DNA of 64,000 bases from Octopus sinensis (lineage: Eukaryota): NCBI RefSeq assembly GCF_006345805.1, contig NC_043000.1, positions 91,202,001 to 91,266,000 on the forward strand, given 5' to 3'. The position numbers and the translations under genes are program-made. Shown one piece after another: positions 1-12,779 of this stretch; the first letter of the stretch is position 1, and each line of letters opens with the position of its first letter. The notes under the pieces were generated by a model. That model ran no database searches and was not told the DNA's origin. It saw only the letters and a program-made list of their open reading frames with translations.

Positions 1-1002
1 GGTACTGCGCAGTGATGAGGACTCTGAAGTTTCTTTTGAAGTTGTAGTGGCATGATTTATTCAAAACTTTATCTTATAGTATCACAATACATCTAAAACT
101 AACATGCACACTTTTGTATTACTTTCGGAGTAATTTTCAAGTGTATATATCTTTTACTAGTAATAGATATAATACTAGTAATAGATATAATAACAAAGAA
201 TATTTTTTACTTACAAGGCCTATAGAACAATATACTAAATGCCATTCAGTTAAGCAGATACTAAATAAGTCTCCAATTCTGTAAGATACTAATATATTCA
301 AAGTAGCATTTAAAGTAGTAACTTTTTCTTGCGAGAGAAATTATCATAGAATTCACTGAGACTTTTCCTAATCGTTGTGTTCTTTGTGTTCTTTGGAATG
401 GAATTCTTCTTGTAATAACGATAATTACAACTTTCATCTTATCGCTAAAAATATTATTTTGTTAATTTTAGTACTATTATCTCCGTATGCGTTTTTATTC
501 ATCGTGTATGTATTTCACATGTCTTTCTTTTAATTTACTCATGCTTTTATGCAACAATCAACACCTTAAATAAACTAAGATAAATAGTCTGGAAACCACA
601 CTTAGAGGTTACTTTTGACTAATGCAACTTCTAAAGAATTACATGTCAGTAGTTTTAGCGATCAAACTACATATGACACATGCAATGCTTTCACTTATTG
701 TCATAATTGAGTAGAGAGGAGATTCTAATAAAATAACTTTGAAACTAATTCATTAATTTTCTGTAATTCCAGATACTTTCAAACTTTTCCAATGTTCGAT
801 GCTAAAACTTTGCTTTCAGAAAGGTCTTTTTTTCTTTCAAAATCTCTCTCGATCGATTTCTAAAAAGAGATGTTATAATGCTTATTGTCTATAGGATGAT
901 AGCTGGCAGATCAGAAGAGTACTGAATATAAATGTCTTGTAAAATTAAACTAGATGTATATATGTTCTTAGTTGCAGTGTTTTATTTTTACTATTCAATG
1001 AA

Positions 1003-1100
1003 TTGCGACCAAGCTGGAGCACCGCCTTAGAGATCGACTCAGTACTTATTTTCAAGTCTGATACTTATTTTACCGGTCTCCTTCACCGAACCGCTAAGTT
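1003..1100 (-). mobile_element. 3' tail fragment of tRNA-SINE family A
   Basis: Reverse complement matches the tail of the full-length copy at 55499-55915 (TTAGCGGTTCGG...GAGACCG...GGCGGTGCTCCAGC). Confidence 0.8.
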
Positions 1101-1715
1101 ATATGTTTGTATGCAATACATCACGGGTTATAAAGCGGTGATGGGGGCCAAACACAAACACACACACACGCATACGCGCGCGCGATGGACTTCACACAGT
1201 TTCCGTCTAGTAAATTCATTCACAAAGCACGCAATTTTCTGATTCTATGTGTAAATAGTTTGGTATCACAGATTATTTTTTCCGTGAAGATCTTAAACGG
1301 ATACAAGTCCACCTTTCTTGAAACTTCAGCAATAAGCATTTAAAAAAATAAAGATATATAAATTGTACATATGCGAATACTAAATCTAACAGATCTATGA
1401 ACCCGCTGCAAAGCAAGCAAACATGCGTCAGATAAGCATGACAAATTAGCTAAAGAGATTATCATAATGCTGTCTTCACTGCAGATTGTCTATTGAAATA
1501 ATTAAAGGCTAGCAGGACCCGTGAATATTTCACGTAATTAACGGTAAACTTATTGGGTTATTTCTGAAAATTTTATCCTAAAAACCTGAAAGCGTAGCCT
1601 GTGTTGTTTGGAAATATAGTCACTCATCTGCGACTCATAGAAAAGTGAAAGAAATTGGAATACGGTTATTATTTAATACATCTATATATATGTATATATA
1701 TAAATATATATATAC

Positions 1716-1761
<46 letters not shown>

Positions 1762-1790
1762 TGTGTGGTGTGTGTGTGTAAATATATATA

Positions 1791-2702
1791 TATAAAAATA
1801 CAAGATGGGACAAGAACGCAAAACACTCAAATAGACGACACAAAAAACGGACGGGTTATTCGAAGTTTCTAATCTTCAGTCAAGAACCGGATTATCCTCG
1901 CAATTTCGGCTGATTAATCTTGAGATCGCTCCGATCTGGCCAGCCCCAAGGAAAAACTAAGCTACGAGCATTAGATTTCTTGGAAAATGGATCGAATATA
2001 TACGAAACAAGGACAGAAAAACGGACGATGCCACACGAATATAAATACAAAAAACAATAATAGTAATAACAGGACAAAAACAGCGGGTGTCTTACGACTT
2101 AAGACAGTTCAACTTAGCTTAGCTGGCGTTATATGGAAAATAATGCCTTACGGCAGACGAAGAATTCGATGTTGTCGTGGCGGTGCTTAGAAGCCGAAAG
2201 GCTAGTTGACCGGCGGCCACGTGAGAGGAGAAGAGAGAGAAAAAAAGGGGGGCAAAGGAATCAAAGAGAGAGAGAAAAAGAGGGACAAAGGCAGCAAAGA
2301 GGGGAAGAAGAGAGTAAAAGAAGAATTAAAGGGAGAAGAAGAAAGAGAGCGTGCCAAGAATGGCTTGACGACAGAAAGGCAGGGTCAGTGAGGTGCAAAG
2401 TGAGAAAGACAGAGACTTGTGAGAAAGTGGGTGAAGAGGAGACCAAACATTCAGAGGCGAGAAAAGAGAAAGACGGAGACTAGTGAAGTATAGAGAAAGT
2501 GTGTGTAGAAGTCGTACAGTAGTGGGATGCTTACATACATAAGAGAACAAGGTTTACGTTACGCCGCAATAATAAAATGTATAAAAAATATATATAAAAA
2601 TACAAAATGGGACAAGAACGCAAAACACTCAAATAGACGACACAAAAAACGGACGGGTCATTCGAAGCCTCTAATCTTCAGTCAAGAACAGGATCATCCT
2701 CG

Positions 2703-2706
<4 letters not shown>
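1791..2706 (-). mobile_element. Non-autonomous element with 114-bp terminal direct repeats (Penelope-like pseudo-LTR arrangement, clade uncertain)
   Basis: 1791-1904 and 2593-2706 are direct repeats with 6 mismatches in 114 bp, period 802 bp. The interior is non-coding and purine-rich on +. Both ends abut (TA)n tracts. Confidence 0.6.
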
Positions 2707-2746
<40 letters not shown>

Positions 2747-3052
2747 TTTATATACATTATGCACAATTTTGAAGACTTAATACACAGCACTCATAAAATA
2801 AATATTCACTCTTATTTTTCCGTTTTCCCCATAAACAAAACAAAAACAAAATATCACGTACATATGATACAACATTTACCAAAATTGCATAAATCTCCCA
2901 CGTAAATAAGCGTGAGTATTTCAATTTAAAAAAAATACACTTTTCACTATCCGATCATCGCCACCAACTCTACCACCACTACCTCCATTTTTAACATATA
3001 TATATATACATATATATATACATATATATACATATATATATATATATATGTG

Positions 3053-3125
<73 letters not shown>

Positions 3126-4450
3126 CATACATGGACGCTTCTCTAGCCGCCCGCGATAGTTTGACCATTACTGAGCGATGGTTATCGGCATGATAACTAT
3201 TATACATCCTCTCTCGTAGGGAGATTTGATTTTAAGGAACTTTTACAGTTATTTCTAAGAGGCCTAATGACCATGTTGACGCTCTTTCGTTGTCTTGAGT
3301 AATTTATGTTGTACAGAAATGTGTCACCGTTATCAACTCGTTTAATATTTAAATGATGTTTTCTTCCTAGCTATAAGCAGCTTTGGAAAGTAGAACCATT
3401 GTGAAGTTCACGAGTTCCAAATGCTCTTGTACATATGACCTACAGTTCGCTAACTGGCAGCATATACGTTAAATGCAAGGGTTCCTCCTTTTCACAGAAT
3501 ATGTGACAAAATATGAATCTTTCATAAATCTGCAATGTTTTTACAAAAGAAATTAGTCACGTCATATATCTACCGAAGCATATATAATAGAAGGGAAATA
3601 TTTTCTTTTGAATTTTTATTATTATTTTTTTTTTTTTCTGAGGCGGTGACTTGTTCATGTTTATTGGCAAGTATGCTTGCTTTTGCGGGTTTTTCAATAG
3701 GGCGGGTTGTATTTTCATGGATGGTTTCCCTTTTAACTACCTAGGAAAAACCGCGCGAGTTATGTGATGCGAAAACTAAGTTTTCTAAATTTTCTTGTAG
3801 CTAACATACACACATAAATAAATACACACATACAACTATACACACACACACACGTGTATATATATATATATATATGAATATATATACGTACTCATGTTAG
3901 TGCATGTACAGATATATGCATATAGATATACATATGTGCATATGCATATATATATATATATGATATTAATATCTACATATAATGCCATAATATTAAAATA
4001 TCAAAGTTATAAAGCATAACTGTATATAATAAAAGTTGGGTGGGATATGAGACAGCGTCCCCTTTCACAAGATTGTAGCAGCTCTTCCACTTTAGCAGTT
4101 TGATCCAGTCCAACATATCTGATGTTTTATTTTTCACTGCTCTCTTTTAAACATGACAAACGAGTTTGAAAGTAAAATAAATGAAGTGTACTGGAGTAAG
4201 ATTGATCCTAAGCTTAAACTTTAAATTGTTTAAATTCTAAGAAGATCAAATATAAAAAAAAATGATAGGAATTTTTTGTTGTTGTTTTACTGTGATTGTT
4301 TTCCGATATTTGTTTATAAATGTTTATTGAAAAGCCTTATATACTGTCATACATACATGTTGTCGCTCACATAAATATGTATGCTCGCGTGTGTGGCGTG
4401 TGTATATTATATATATATATACATATATACATACATATATACATATACAT

Positions 4451-4481
<31 letters not shown>

Positions 4482-4860
4482 CATTCATACACATATATAC
4501 ACATGTGTGTGCATTTATGTACACTTTCACACGCATTAATACATGCTCACATATATCTATGCATATACACCTACTTATGTTTTAAAATCCGGTATATATT
4601 GTATACTTAAATAATTGCTTACAAGCATGTTCACGCGTACATCTCTGTGTTCACACAAACTCAAATATACACACAGGCAAACACAAAAATAGCTTAGCAT
4701 ATGCTCACATGTAATTATGCATACATAGAAAATGAAATCACTTTTTCATGCATTTACATCTACACAAAACGAAGCTACAAGAGAAATTTACACATATACG
4801 CTCAAACTTTGAAAGTAGATAAAACAAACCATTGCCCTTCATAGTAATATTAGTTATTAT

Positions 4861-5533
4861 TTTTCTACTCTCGGTACAAGGCCTGAAATTTTGTGGGGCG
4901 GGTGCTAACCGATTTCATAAGCTGCAGTGCTCAACTGGTAATCATTTCATCGACTCCGAAAGGATAAAAGGCAAAGGCAAAGTCGATTATAGTAAATTAA
5001 GTCGATTATATCGACCCCAGTGCGTTACTGATACTTATTTAATTGACCCCGAAAGGGTGAAAGGCAAAGTCGACCTCGGCGGAATTTGAACTCAGAACGT
5101 AACGGCAGACGAAATACCTATTTCTTTATTGCCCACAAGGGGCTAAACACAGAGAGGGGACGAACAAGGACAGACAAACGGATTAAGTCAATTATATCGA
5201 CCCCAGTGCGTAACTGATACTTATTTAATCAACCCCGAAAGGGTGAAAGGCAAAGTCGACCTCGGCGGAATTTGAACTCAGAACGTAGCGGCAGACGAAA
5301 TACCTATTTCTTTACTACCCACAAGAGGCTAAACACAGAGAGGACAAACAAGGACAGACAAACGAATTAAGTCGATTATATCGACCCCAGTGCGTAACTG
5401 GTACTTATTTAATCGACTCCAAAAGGATGAAAGCAAAGTCGACCTCGGCGGAATTTGAACTCAGAACGTAACCGCAGACCAAATACTGCTGAGCATTTTG
5501 CTCGGCTTGCTAATTCTGCCATTTCGCCGCCTT
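4861..5533 (-). mobile_element. Tandem multimer of tRNA-SINE family B (head + core + two tail types)
   Basis: B-box-like GAGTTCAAATTCC, core TTTGCCTTTCA(T/C)CCTTTCGGGGT..ATTAAATAAGTA repeated with ~186-bp period (junctions at 5111-5124 and 5297-5310). Head at 5533; terminal tail type 1 at 4861. Confidence 0.85.
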
Positions 5534-6182
5534 ATCATGATAGATAATAATGCCGGCAGATGAGTGCATTTGCCAAAGTTTTCTGGAAAGCCGAGTATTT
5601 GTAAAGTTACTCAATTAGTTAAAAAAGTCTGTTCTCTATTCTAATTTCAGTTCGTCCTATTTCATTCCTTTTGCATAATTTTTTGTTTGTCGTACAGGTT
5701 TACTCAAAATCAATTCTGAATAACCTTTCTATCATTTTTAGAATTTGTCTTCATGAATTCTTGTTTTCGGTCGCACAGTCTGCAAGTAAACGAAATTAAC
5801 AAAAATAACAAATATATTATACGAATATTTGTTATTTAAAAAAAAATGGGATTATTTTATTTTAGATCCAAATAAAAACTTCTATTTCTGATTTCATATC
5901 ACTTTGTTATGCATGAACTTAACATCGGTAAGCCAGAACTCTACTGGAACCGTCCAAAACCCGTATCGTCCGTTTAATAATATAGCTGGCTGAGGATCAT
6001 TTCTTCTTTGTTCTTGCACAGCTGCGCATCCTAGGTTAACGCTAGTCAGGCAAGATATTCTGAATCTAGTTATCAACCCAAGAAATTCTAATTCCACTGG
6101 AAATGGTATATATCGCCTTCGCTATTTAAAGCTTCCGAAGTACTGATGTAGAATTTCATATACTCACCCTATGCATATTGCC

Positions 6183-6231
<49 letters not shown>

Positions 6232-6319
6232 ACTCACGCACACATGTAAATATATATATATATGTATGTAGGTAGGTATATATATTTGTGTTTATATATA
6301 TATATATATAAATATATCC

Positions 6320-6810
6320 GGTTAAATAACGTGTTTTATCCACCTCTAATTATAATATTAATATTGCTAATTATTTTCAGATACTCCATCTTCTAATTAG
6401 CCTTAAGATTAAATTAAATAACGTTTAATATTAATAAGTCTAATTAGCCTTAAGATTAAATTAAATAATGGTTAATATTGCTTAATATTGTATATATAAT
6501 TTTTCAGTACTCTGTCTTCTAATTAGCCTTAAGATTAAATTAAATAACGTTTATGTTACTCCCACACTCTAATATAATATTTAATATTGCTAATATATTT
6601 CAGATACTCTATCTCCTAATTAGCCTTAAGATTAAACAACGTTTTTATCCACACTCTATATAATATTAATATTGCTAATACATTTTCAGAGACTCTATCC
6701 CCTAATAGCCTTAAGATTAATAACGTTTTACCCAAATAACGTTTTTACACAAACTTTAATATTGTTAATATTTCTTTTTCAAGTACTCTATCTTCTAATT
6801 AGCCTTAATA
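6320..6810. repeat. AT-rich minisatellite of variable unit (~45-110 bp)
   Basis: Recurrent TAATTAGCCTTAAGATTAA(ATTAAATAA) about six times, with AATATTGCTAA and CAGATACTC modules. Confidence 0.85.
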
Positions 6811-6849
6811 TCTTCCTGTCTTCTCTCGAACATAATTAGATAGATAAAC

Positions 6850-9800
6850 GGATAGACGGATTATCAGCATGTCCAGAGCATGGAGACGTGACGAGCTGGA
6901 TTTATTGTACGAGCATGGGAGTGCGCCGGCGGAGATAGCCCTAGGGAGGTGATTCGGCTGCGCTGAAGAGCAGAGGCTACAAGAGGACAGCGGCTCAGAT
7001 GGAGCGAAAGAGACAGGAATTCGTGCGCTCATATGCGCTTGTACGGTCGCACTTGGCGCACTTGATGCCATCTTTGAGAACGAGCGGAGCAAAGATGGCA
7101 AGAATGGAGACGATGAAAGAAGTCAACCCCCACTGGTGGACGCCGGGAGGAGGTTGATTTTGAAGAGAAACCTGCCCGGGAAGTGAACCCAGGTGCAAGT
7201 TCTCCAACCGGCAGCAAGGGCCATGGAGACGGAGAACCCGGTGAAGAGGTAGAGGGAGGGAAGAACTAGAAGGAAGGAACTGGAAGGCTAGAGTAAAGAA
7301 AAGAAAAAGCTCAAGCAGGACCAAAGAGTGAAACAACCAGAAATAGAAGTGGAACCGCCAAAGGATGGAACCAAACAGCGCACACGGGGTGGTGTATGTT
7401 CTACTGAGAGGTTCCTGCTGGCATGGAAAGGAAGGTGCAGGCTGCCGCTTTGCACATCGGGGACCCTGCCACAGAGACACGAGGCAGATGGACAAACCAT
7501 CAACACAGAAAAGGGATGGACCACGCACCACCTGCCCCAAGCGGAGGTACGCAGAGTTGTGCGCGCCACAAACAGCCAACATGATTGTTGTCGAAAGAGC
7601 AGCAGCTGCTGAGCAACAATCTTTTTTGTGCATGGCACAAAAGATTGTACAGCAGCTGACCTGGCTTCATCAAAACCCAAGCCCGCAGGTGGGACTACCC
7701 ACTATATACCAGACCACCCAAAGCAAACCAGACACAGGATGGACCCGCGCGGCAACAACGTACACCCACCTCGATACTCCTACTACTGAACATCAGAGGA
7801 GTGCAAACACTCAGTAACAGGACAAAGATCCCGTTCCTGAGAGAGACTTTGTTGCATGCAATCAAGCCTTATGCATAAGCACTTACAGAAACGCACCTGA
7901 AACCGGACATAGCAGATGCGGAGTTACATACAACAGTATGCTGTACTACGGAACCGACGACCGAAAGAAGAAGAGTAATGAGGAGGTGTCATGGACCGGT
8001 GTTGCTATGTACATCCGTGAGGACTCACACCCCAGGTCCTGTCCTCTTGTCATACTCAAACTCGGTGTGTGACCACTAATTGTACATATCAGGCAACTTG
8101 ATGTAGTTGTGTGTGCTACATTATCGCCCTCCAGATGCCCCAAGCCATGTGGGCAAGTTTGAAGACTGCCTTATAAAATAGAAGAAATTCTAACCACATT
8201 AGAAAAAACACATAGGTGTGCTTCTTATGGGAGACTTCAATCTGCCCAATGTCAGATGGCCGAGGGCTTTCTCTCCCAGGAATGACAAGATGTGAACGAG
8301 GACAGGCGAGGTCCCTCCTCTGAACCTCATCAACACCCTGTACATGGAGCAGGTAATACTCCAACCAACCAGGGCAGGAACCACACTGGATCTCTGCTTC
8401 ACAAATGACATGGATCTCATCCTAATGTGAAAGTGACACCGACACTACTCTCGGATCACAACATGATAGAGCTGACCATGTACGGGCCAAAAGAGAGCAC
8501 GGACATGCAGCCTACAAGAAACCCTCAAAATCTTCCAGCTTGAACTACCATAAGGCAAACTGGAAAACAAATTGAGAAAGAGATCCTCAAACAAAAACTG
8601 GCCTAATGTCTCTCCTCGCCAGACATCGACGTGAAACTTCAACAATTCATGTCTGTAATGCAAAGCAGCCATGCTACAAATGTGTCCCAGAGAGAAAGGC
8701 CACTGTACACAAGAACAAAATCCCCAGAGAGAGAGAAAATTTAATGAGACGGGTACGAAATTTTCAAATCGCCTAAACAAACAGATTGAAAGCAGTGAAA
8801 AGTCCCGCCTACTAAAAATAAAACTGTTGGAAATCGAAAAATGTCTGCAACTCTCCCATGAAAAAGAAAGGGCAGACAGAGAAGCCTGGGCTATAGAAAA
8901 CATAAAATCTAACCCCAGAGCTTTCTACAGGTTGCCAAAAAGAAAAAGCTACAGTGCAGGCTGTAGAATAGGGCCACTCCTCGAAAAGGATGGCACCACT
9001 TACAGGAAAACCAATGAGGGTAAGTGAAATACTGAATGAGCAATTCAAGAGTGTTTTCACTCCACCCCTTGGGCATCTCCAAATCACCAATCCAAACTGA
9101 ACTTTTTTAACACTGCAGATATAAAATCAGAGGCGGCGACGATAGATTACATCGATATAAAGGAAGAGATGTAACCAAGGCTATAGATGAAATGAAAACA
9201 GACTCAGCTACTGGCCCCGATGGATTCCCGGGCAATCCTCCTAAAAGCATGTAAGAGAGTCCTAGCAAGACCACTGCAGTTCCTCTTTCAGAGCTTCCTG
9301 CAGCTGGCAAACTTCCAGGAAAACTGAAAGGAAGTAAAATATGCCCCATTCATAAAGGAGGTAGCAGAGCGGAAGCCAAGAACTATAGACCTATCTCTCT
9401 GACCTCACACATCAGCAAGGTCATGGAACGAATAGTCAGAAGGAAGCTGATCACCTTCCTTGAAGAGAAGACTTGCTGCCCGACACCCAACATGGTTTCC
9501 GACCAGAGGAGAAGCTGTTTAACTCAGCTCCTACAACACTATGACTGGGTGCTGAAACGGCTGCTCAACCACTCAAATGTGGAAGTGATATATCTCGACT
9601 TTGCAAAGGCCTTTGATAAAGTCGATCATGGAATGATATGTCACAAACTGCGTGATCTCAACATAGTTGGAAAACTGGGAGAATGGCTTCATGACTTTCT
9701 GAAGGATAGAAGTCAGGTGGTAGTAGCCAATGGGGCCACCTCATTTAACACACAAATAGTGAGCGGTGTTCCGCAGGGCACTGTTCTGGGACCACTACTG

Positions 9801-10847
9801 TTCATAATGGCCCTCTCAGACATGCCCTCAGCCACGCAGAGAGCCACGATCACAAGTTATGCAGATGATACAAAAGTTTCACAGGCAATACAGAACCCTG
9901 AGGACACTAAACACCTGCAATGTGAGCTGGACGAAATATACAAGTGGGCTGAAAAGAATAGCATGCAGTTCAATGCTGGAAAGTTTCAAGCTTTATACTA
10001 TCAGCATGCAAAACTGAATGCAATACCCAATGAAATACATGGACCGGAGGGATTGCAATCCAGAGGCACAATCAGTGCGTGACCTGGGTATTCACATGAG
10101 TGATGACGCGACCTTTCATGTACATGTTGCTAAACTGACACTGAAATGTAGACGGCTGGCTGGATGGATTCTTAGAACCTTTAGAACAAGAGAACAAGAA
10201 ACCATGATGGTCCTCTGGAAGACACTTGTCCTAAGCCACTTTGACTATTGCTCTCAGCTATGGTCACCCATCCAGTGTCAAGTTGACACAGAACTTGAGG
10301 CGACCAACGAAGCTACAACAAAAGAAGATAGCCTCTATGCAGAATGTAAGCTACTGGGAAAGACTCAAGAGATTAAAATTATATTCCCTGGAGCGTAGGC
10401 GGGAAAGATATGCCATAATATACATCTGGAAGATCCTGGAGGAAGTGTCCTGAACTTTGGCATCGAGAGTTACGCAAATGCCAGAACTGGGCGCCACTGC
10501 GTGGTGCCTAGGACTCCAAACCTGCCATCAAGATGTAGGACAAATTCTGTGATAGCCTGGGCTTCCGAGGCCCACAGCTCTTCAATATCCTCGAAGAACC
10601 TGAGAGACCTGCATGGGGTGGATACAGATGTCTTTAAAATGAAGTGGATCTCTTCCTGTCAGGTGTCCCAGATGAACCAACTTCACGGCAGGAGGGGCAG
10701 ATGAGGGCAGCTGCATCGAAACTCTCTATGCACCAAATAGCAGTTGCTAGAAAGCCTCCATGAAGTGAAACCAAGTAAACACCAAATGGCGGTGCCCCAG
10801 CATGGCACAGCTCATAAGCTGAAACTAGAATCAATCAATCAATCAAT
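6850..10847 (+). mobile_element. Near full-length CR1-clade LINE (family CR1-A), frameshifted and inactive
   Basis: Decayed ORF1 with a CCCH-like finger (GSCWHGKEGAGCRFAH). APE motifs MGDFNLPNVRW (~8228-8260), TLDLCFTN and SDHNMI. RT motifs YLDFAKAFDKVDH, VPQGTVLGP, YADDTK; C-terminal SLERRR. 3' stem-loop then (AATC)n tail at 10829-10847. The 5' boundary is approximate. Confidence 0.92.
9423..10082 (+). pseudogene. Reverse transcriptase core of the CR1 LINE ORF2 (fragment between frameshifts)
   Basis: 219-aa ORF with RT motifs; NYRPISLTSH lies immediately upstream in the same frame; continues in other frames (10018-10398, 10241-10453). Confidence 0.92.
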
Positions 10848-10861
10848 CTATATATATATAT

Positions 10862-10927
<66 letters not shown>

Positions 10928-10928
10928 G

Positions 10929-11028
10929 NNNNNNNNNNNNNNNNNNNNNNNNNNNNNNNNNNNNNNNNNNNNNNNNNNNNNNNNNNNNNNNNNNNNNNNN
11001 NNNNNNNNNNNNNNNNNNNNNNNNNNNN
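10929..11028. other. Assembly gap (100 N) between an (AGAT)n tract and (GAAT)/(GAAA) repeats
   Basis: Run of N in the sequence. Confidence 1.
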
Positions 11029-11599
11029 ATGAATGAAAGAATGAAAGAAAGAAAGAAAGAAAATAAAAACGAAAATACCAAGAACGTAATGAAAATCATG
11101 CCAGAAAAGAGTAAGGAATAACAAAAGGTAAACATGTCAAGAAAGAAAGAAAAAAGAAGAAAAGAAGGAAGAGAATCAAAAAAATCTAGAACAAACAGAC
11201 CGAGCGGGGAGGAGAGAAGGAAGGAAATGAGGAAGGAAGGAAACACACAGTGAGCGAGAAGGAAAAAAGAGACAGACATTTATGAAGTTTGTTGTGATTG
11301 AAAATCTCCAGAAATACCATTTATAAATGAAAAAGGAGCAAGCTTGATGTTTGGTTGGAGAGAAGCCAAGCTTCTGTACATGTGTGTGTGTGTCTGTGCG
11401 TGTGTGTTTCGTTTGTGTGTATCCGTATGTGTGTGTGTGAATGTATATGTAAGTGTGAGCTTGTGAGTATGTACATGTGTCGATTTGTGTATGTGTGTGT
11501 CTCTTGTGGACATATGTATATATGTGTGTATGTGTTTGCGTGTGTAAATAAGGGCAGACAAAGGATTTGATGGTCAGTCAGAGTTGTTGTTGTATAGCA

Positions 11600-12150
11600 A
11601 AAGACCCTCTTGTAAAATCAGACGTGATGGTCATGGATAGAATGACTGTGATCATAGGTCTGCACCATCAGAGATGACATGTTACTGAACAACTACAACG
11701 ACGTCGACGGCAACAGCAACAAAGTCCACCAACTGATCACTGCTTTCTCTCACAAAAAAAACTAACGAATCAAAGGCGTTCCATATGTGGCTATCCCTCT
11801 GTACATTTAGAATTGCATTACCCGTGTAATATTTTCATGTTTTAAAGATGCTAGGGTTGAGGGTTATAAAAATGCTATGTTGAGGGGTTTTAGCTGTTGT
11901 TTCTGATACCTCACGCTTTAGTCACTTGAAGCACACACGGCCGATACTTGAGAATGAAGAGAAGGTAAATTTTGTTGTTTAGCCCCAAGGCAAATCCTGA
12001 TTGAGCAAACCTATGATCAAAAGCGTTTCAGCAATGACTACCACATGCTTTTCTTATAGGAAGCGTCACAAAATTACGTAATTCATTGTGACCATTCCTG
12101 ACACAACAGGCTAAGATGTGATATGAGAGAGATTTGACTGCAACCGTATA
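11600..12150. mobile_element. Degenerate fragments of an interspersed repeat (GTTTAGCCCCA-GGTCAG...CCTATGATCA motif), both orientations
   Basis: Motif at ~11985-12055 (+) and ~11600-11670 (-), with weaker copies at ~31718-31770 and ~61070-61150. Confidence 0.45.
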
Positions 12151-12287
12151 GAAATGTCATTGGCTTCTGATTGGTGGTGGAAATTTAAAATTAGATTTAA
12201 GCTGTTTTAGAGGGCAGAATTTAGTATATATATATATATATAGCAAAATTTACAATGAAAGTTATATTGATGTCATACTCATGTGAA

Positions 12288-12625
12288 GGCGCGTGGCTCA
12301 GTGGTTAGAGCGTCGAGCTTACGATCGTGAGGTTGTGAGCTCGAATCCCGGACCGGGCTGCGTGTTGTGTTCTTGAGCAAGACACTTTATTTCACGTTGC
12401 TCCAGTTAACTCAGCTGTAGAAATGAGTTGCGACGTAAAAGGTGCCAAGCTGTATCGGCCCTTGCCTTTCCCTTGGACAACATCGGTGACGTGGAGAGGG
12501 GAGGCCGGTATGCATGGGCGACTGCTGGTCTTCCATGAAACAACCTTGCCCAGACTTGTGCCTCAGAGAGTAACTCTCTAGGTGCAAACCCATTGTCAGT
12601 GTCTGACCGAAGGGGGTCACACTCA
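12288..12625 (+). mobile_element. tRNA-derived SINE family C, apparently full length
   Basis: A-box TGGCTCAGTGG, B-box-like GCTCGAATCCC, then a TTCTTGAGCAAGACACT central motif typical of conserved SINE core domains. No tRNA 3' acceptor stem. Confidence 0.85.
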
Positions 12626-12779
12626 TACCAAACACTATTATCCTTACCTTCTCAGAAACTTTTGCCCATATGAGTAATCAGGAAAGCAAAAGTCAAAGAG
12701 TGTGTGACTTTCTGAATACACTCGTCACACTAAAGGAGATTTCAAAAATATTGGGGTGTCCATAAAGTCTATAATGTAA

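Noticed and set aside
1-960. AT-rich stretch that might be a decayed transposase (also 37000-38600)
   Set aside because: Manual translation gave no diagnostic motif.
2133-2483. 116-aa R/E/K-rich ORF
   Set aside because: Product of a GA-rich low-complexity interior of the direct-repeat element; no domain motif.
4861-5533. Regularly spaced repeats resembling a CRISPR array
   Set aside because: The units are ~186-bp SINE multimers with no unique spacers; the context is eukaryotic and there are no cas genes.
5894-6097. 67-aa minus-strand ORF behind a plausible acceptor (CATTTCCAG)
   Set aside because: No recognisable protein similarity, no convincing donor and no partner exons; cannot be supported without RNA data.
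6995-7633. 212-aa minus-strand ORF
   Set aside because: Antisense to the decayed CR1 ORF1; a shadow ORF of GC-richer LINE sequence.
12288-12360. Possible tRNA gene (also 14136, 55499, 60302)
   Set aside because: A/B boxes are present but the cloverleaf is incomplete, and the sequence continues into SINE core and tail.
12570-12620. SINE family C tail as a match to the RTE 3' end (TGTCAGT...ACCGAAGG vs 53464-53491)
   Set aside because: Only two short blocks match; insufficient without a consensus alignment.
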